This document shows, piece by piece, positions 44,873 through 46,039 of a DNA stretch of 46,039 nt. The stretch lies in contig JAWBOR010000001.1 of NCBI GenBank assembly GCA_038826015.1, positions 1 to 46,039 on the forward strand. The letters run 5' to 3'. A program made the position numbers and the translations under genes. The notes under the pieces were generated by a model. It saw only the letters and a program-made list of their open reading frames with translations. It ran no database searches and was not told the origin of the DNA. The first letter of the stretch is position 1, and each line of letters opens with the position of its first letter. Origin of the DNA: Candidatus Bathyarchaeia archaeon. Lineage in GTDB: Archaea; Thermoproteota; Bathyarchaeia; Bathyarchaeales; DTEX01.

Positions 44873-44968
44873 AAAATAAACTTTCTAGGTTTAAAAGGCG
44901 CTCTAGTTTCTAAATGATTTATAAGTCTGCTCTATATCTCTCTAAAACAATATAGGGAGTCTACTTGG

Positions 44969-45616
44969 ATGACAAAAAATGTATCTGAAAATAGCAAAGT
45001 AATCCGAAAACTAAAGAAACTTTGGAAAAATGGAGTATTCAGATCACTGTGTTTTATAGTGTTAGTTATACTTGGAGTTTTAGCATTTAGAGAAGTTCTA
45101 GTACTTGTTTTGAGAACAGAGTATCCTTTACAGACACCAATATCTCCCAGTATGAGGCCGACATTAAATGAAGGAGATCTACTTATAGTTCAAGGTGGAT
45201 TTAGCGGCAATGATATTTATGCACATTTAGGCGACGGTGACATAATTGTCTTTCGAGACCCTGGGAACTCTGGTAATTTTATTGTGCATAGAGCCGTAGA
45301 CAAGTTCCAAATAGATGGCGTTTGGTATATTGTGACCAAGGGAGACAATAATGGAATGACCATAAACGATGTGAACGGTATAGATTATTGGCCGGGATTT
45401 CCCAGAGGTGGAATTTATCAAAAGACTGGGATTCCTGAGAGCTATTTAATTGGCAAAGTAATCTGGCATATTCCCTTTTTGGGATATGTTAAAATATATT
45501 TAGGAACGCCGACCATGATGCTGATTACACTGATTTTAATAGTGGCATTTTTACTCCTAGAAAATCTTGCTTCATCCTCGAAAGCTAAAAACATTGAAGA
45601 CACGAAGAAAAACTAA
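44969..45616 (+). CDS. Signal peptidase I, archaeal/eukaryal (Sec11/S26B) type
   Basis: Contains an N-terminal TM, the catalytic Ser box SPSMRPTLNEGDLLIV, the His box IVHRAV, the TKGDNN box and a C-terminal TM. Confidence 0.85.
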   Translation: MTKNVSENSKVIRKLKKLWKNGVFRSLCFIVLVILGVLAFREVLVLVLRTEYPLQTPISPSMRPTLNEGDLLIVQGGFSGNDIYAHLGDGDIIVFRDPGNSGNFIVHRAVDKFQIDGVWYIVTKGDNNGMTINDVNGIDYWPGFPRGGIYQKTGIPESYLIGKVIWHIPFLGYVKIYLGTPTMMLITLILIVAFLLLENLASSSKAKNIEDTKKN

Positions 45617-45642
45617 AACATAAAAATAATGAAAAATTAGGT

Positions 45643-45654
45643 CCTTTATAAAGG
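45643..45654 (+). promoter_or_regulatory. Candidate TATA box of the tbp gene (perfect palindrome CCTTTATAAAGG)
   Basis: The TTTATAAA core lies about 37-45 nt upstream of the two candidate tbp ATGs (45690 and 45699). Further TATA-like runs occur at 45657-45666 and 45674-45685. Confidence 0.4.
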
Positions 45655-45689
45655 TATATTTATATTTGACGGTTTTTATAAAAAGAACG

Positions 45690-46039
45690 ATGATTCAGAT
45701 GTCTAAGGCTCAAGCAAAAGTGAAAATTGAAAATGTGGTTGCATCCGCAACGCTGAATCAAAAAATTGACTTGAACGCTGTGGTTAAGGGTTATCCAGGC
45801 GTAGAATATCGACCAGAGCAATTTCCAGGACTGGTTTTTAGGCTGAAACGGCCGAAAACAGCTACTTTAATCTTCAATTCAGGTAAGATGGTTTGCACAG
45901 GTGCCAAATCTGAAAGAGAAGCTCGAGGAGCTGTCATGAAAGTCATTAAAGAACTTAAAAAAAGCGGAATAGTGATCATCAGCAAACCCGAGCTAAAGAT
46001 ACAGAACATTGTGGCCTCAGCAAATCTGAGCGGAATGGT
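45690..46039 (+). CDS. tbp: TATA-box binding protein, 3' truncated by the window edge
   Basis: This ORF is not in the supplied track because it runs off the window. My own translation is MIQMSKAQAKVKIENVVASATLNQKIDLNAVVKGYPGVEYRPEQFPGLVFRLKRPKTATLIFNSGKMVCTGAKSEREA...LKIQNIVASANLSG, which gives the first TBP repeat and the start of the second. Confidence 0.9.
   Translation, partial: MIQMSKAQAKVKIENVVASATLNQKIDLNAVVKGYPGVEYRPEQFPGLVFRLKRPKTATLIFNSGKMVCTGAKSEREARGAVMKVIKELKKSGIVIISKPELKIQNIVASANLSGM

Noticed and set aside
1-46039. CRISPR arrays, tRNA or rRNA genes, intact IS elements or inteins.
   Set aside because: Scanning the intergenic regions by eye found no regularly spaced direct repeats, no tRNA-like GC-rich cloverleaf segments (no GTTCGAATC or GTTCAAATC T-arm motifs outside coding sequence) and no transposase-like ORFs. 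CarB, Rad50 and the polymerase have normal lengths without intein-like insertions. A covariance-model scan would be needed for certainty.

Overview
AT-rich, densely coding archaeal chromosomal segment. The archaeal assignment rests on a TATA-binding protein, Hjc resolvase, Mre11/Rad50, a Dpo4-type Y-family polymerase, an archaeal-size RNase J, a Sec11-type signal peptidase and an HdrA-MvhD fusion. The lineage cannot be fixed from sequence alone; an uncultivated TACK/Bathyarchaeia-like organism is only a guess. Most of the window is housekeeping: an argG-argH-carA-carB block, pyrE, proB-proA, glycerate 2-kinase, a zinc alcohol dehydrogenase, an NDP-sugar epimerase, trmI and an ABC transporter. 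No rRNA, tRNA, CRISPR array or intact IS element was recognised by eye. The most interesting locus is a translationally coupled three-gene operon at about 20.56-24.0 kb. It encodes an unusually short (680 aa) SMC-family ATPase whose head motifs look like eukaryotic Smc5/Smc6 rather than canonical prokaryotic Smc. It is followed by a kleisin-like protein (ScpA/Nse4-type C-terminal winged helix) and a tandem winged-helix kite protein whose conserved blocks resemble the MAGE/Nse3 homology domain. Secondary points are listed below. (1) A small islet at 26.5-29.5 kb holds an Mrr-like nuclease, a wHTH gene and an Hjc gene separated only by an in-frame TAG, and about 850 bp of decayed DNA. (2) A co-directional mre11 / short rad50 / dpo4 / HTH / DUF72 string lacks herA and nurA. 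(3) There are two unusual fusions: HAD phosphatase with a dolichol-kinase-like domain, and an NTase-like domain with an atypical kinase. (4) A polyferredoxin + HdrA-MvhD pair has no hdrBC. (5) A UPF0182 giant membrane protein has a small tail-anchored partner. All family assignments come from motif recognition by eye and need profile searches to confirm.
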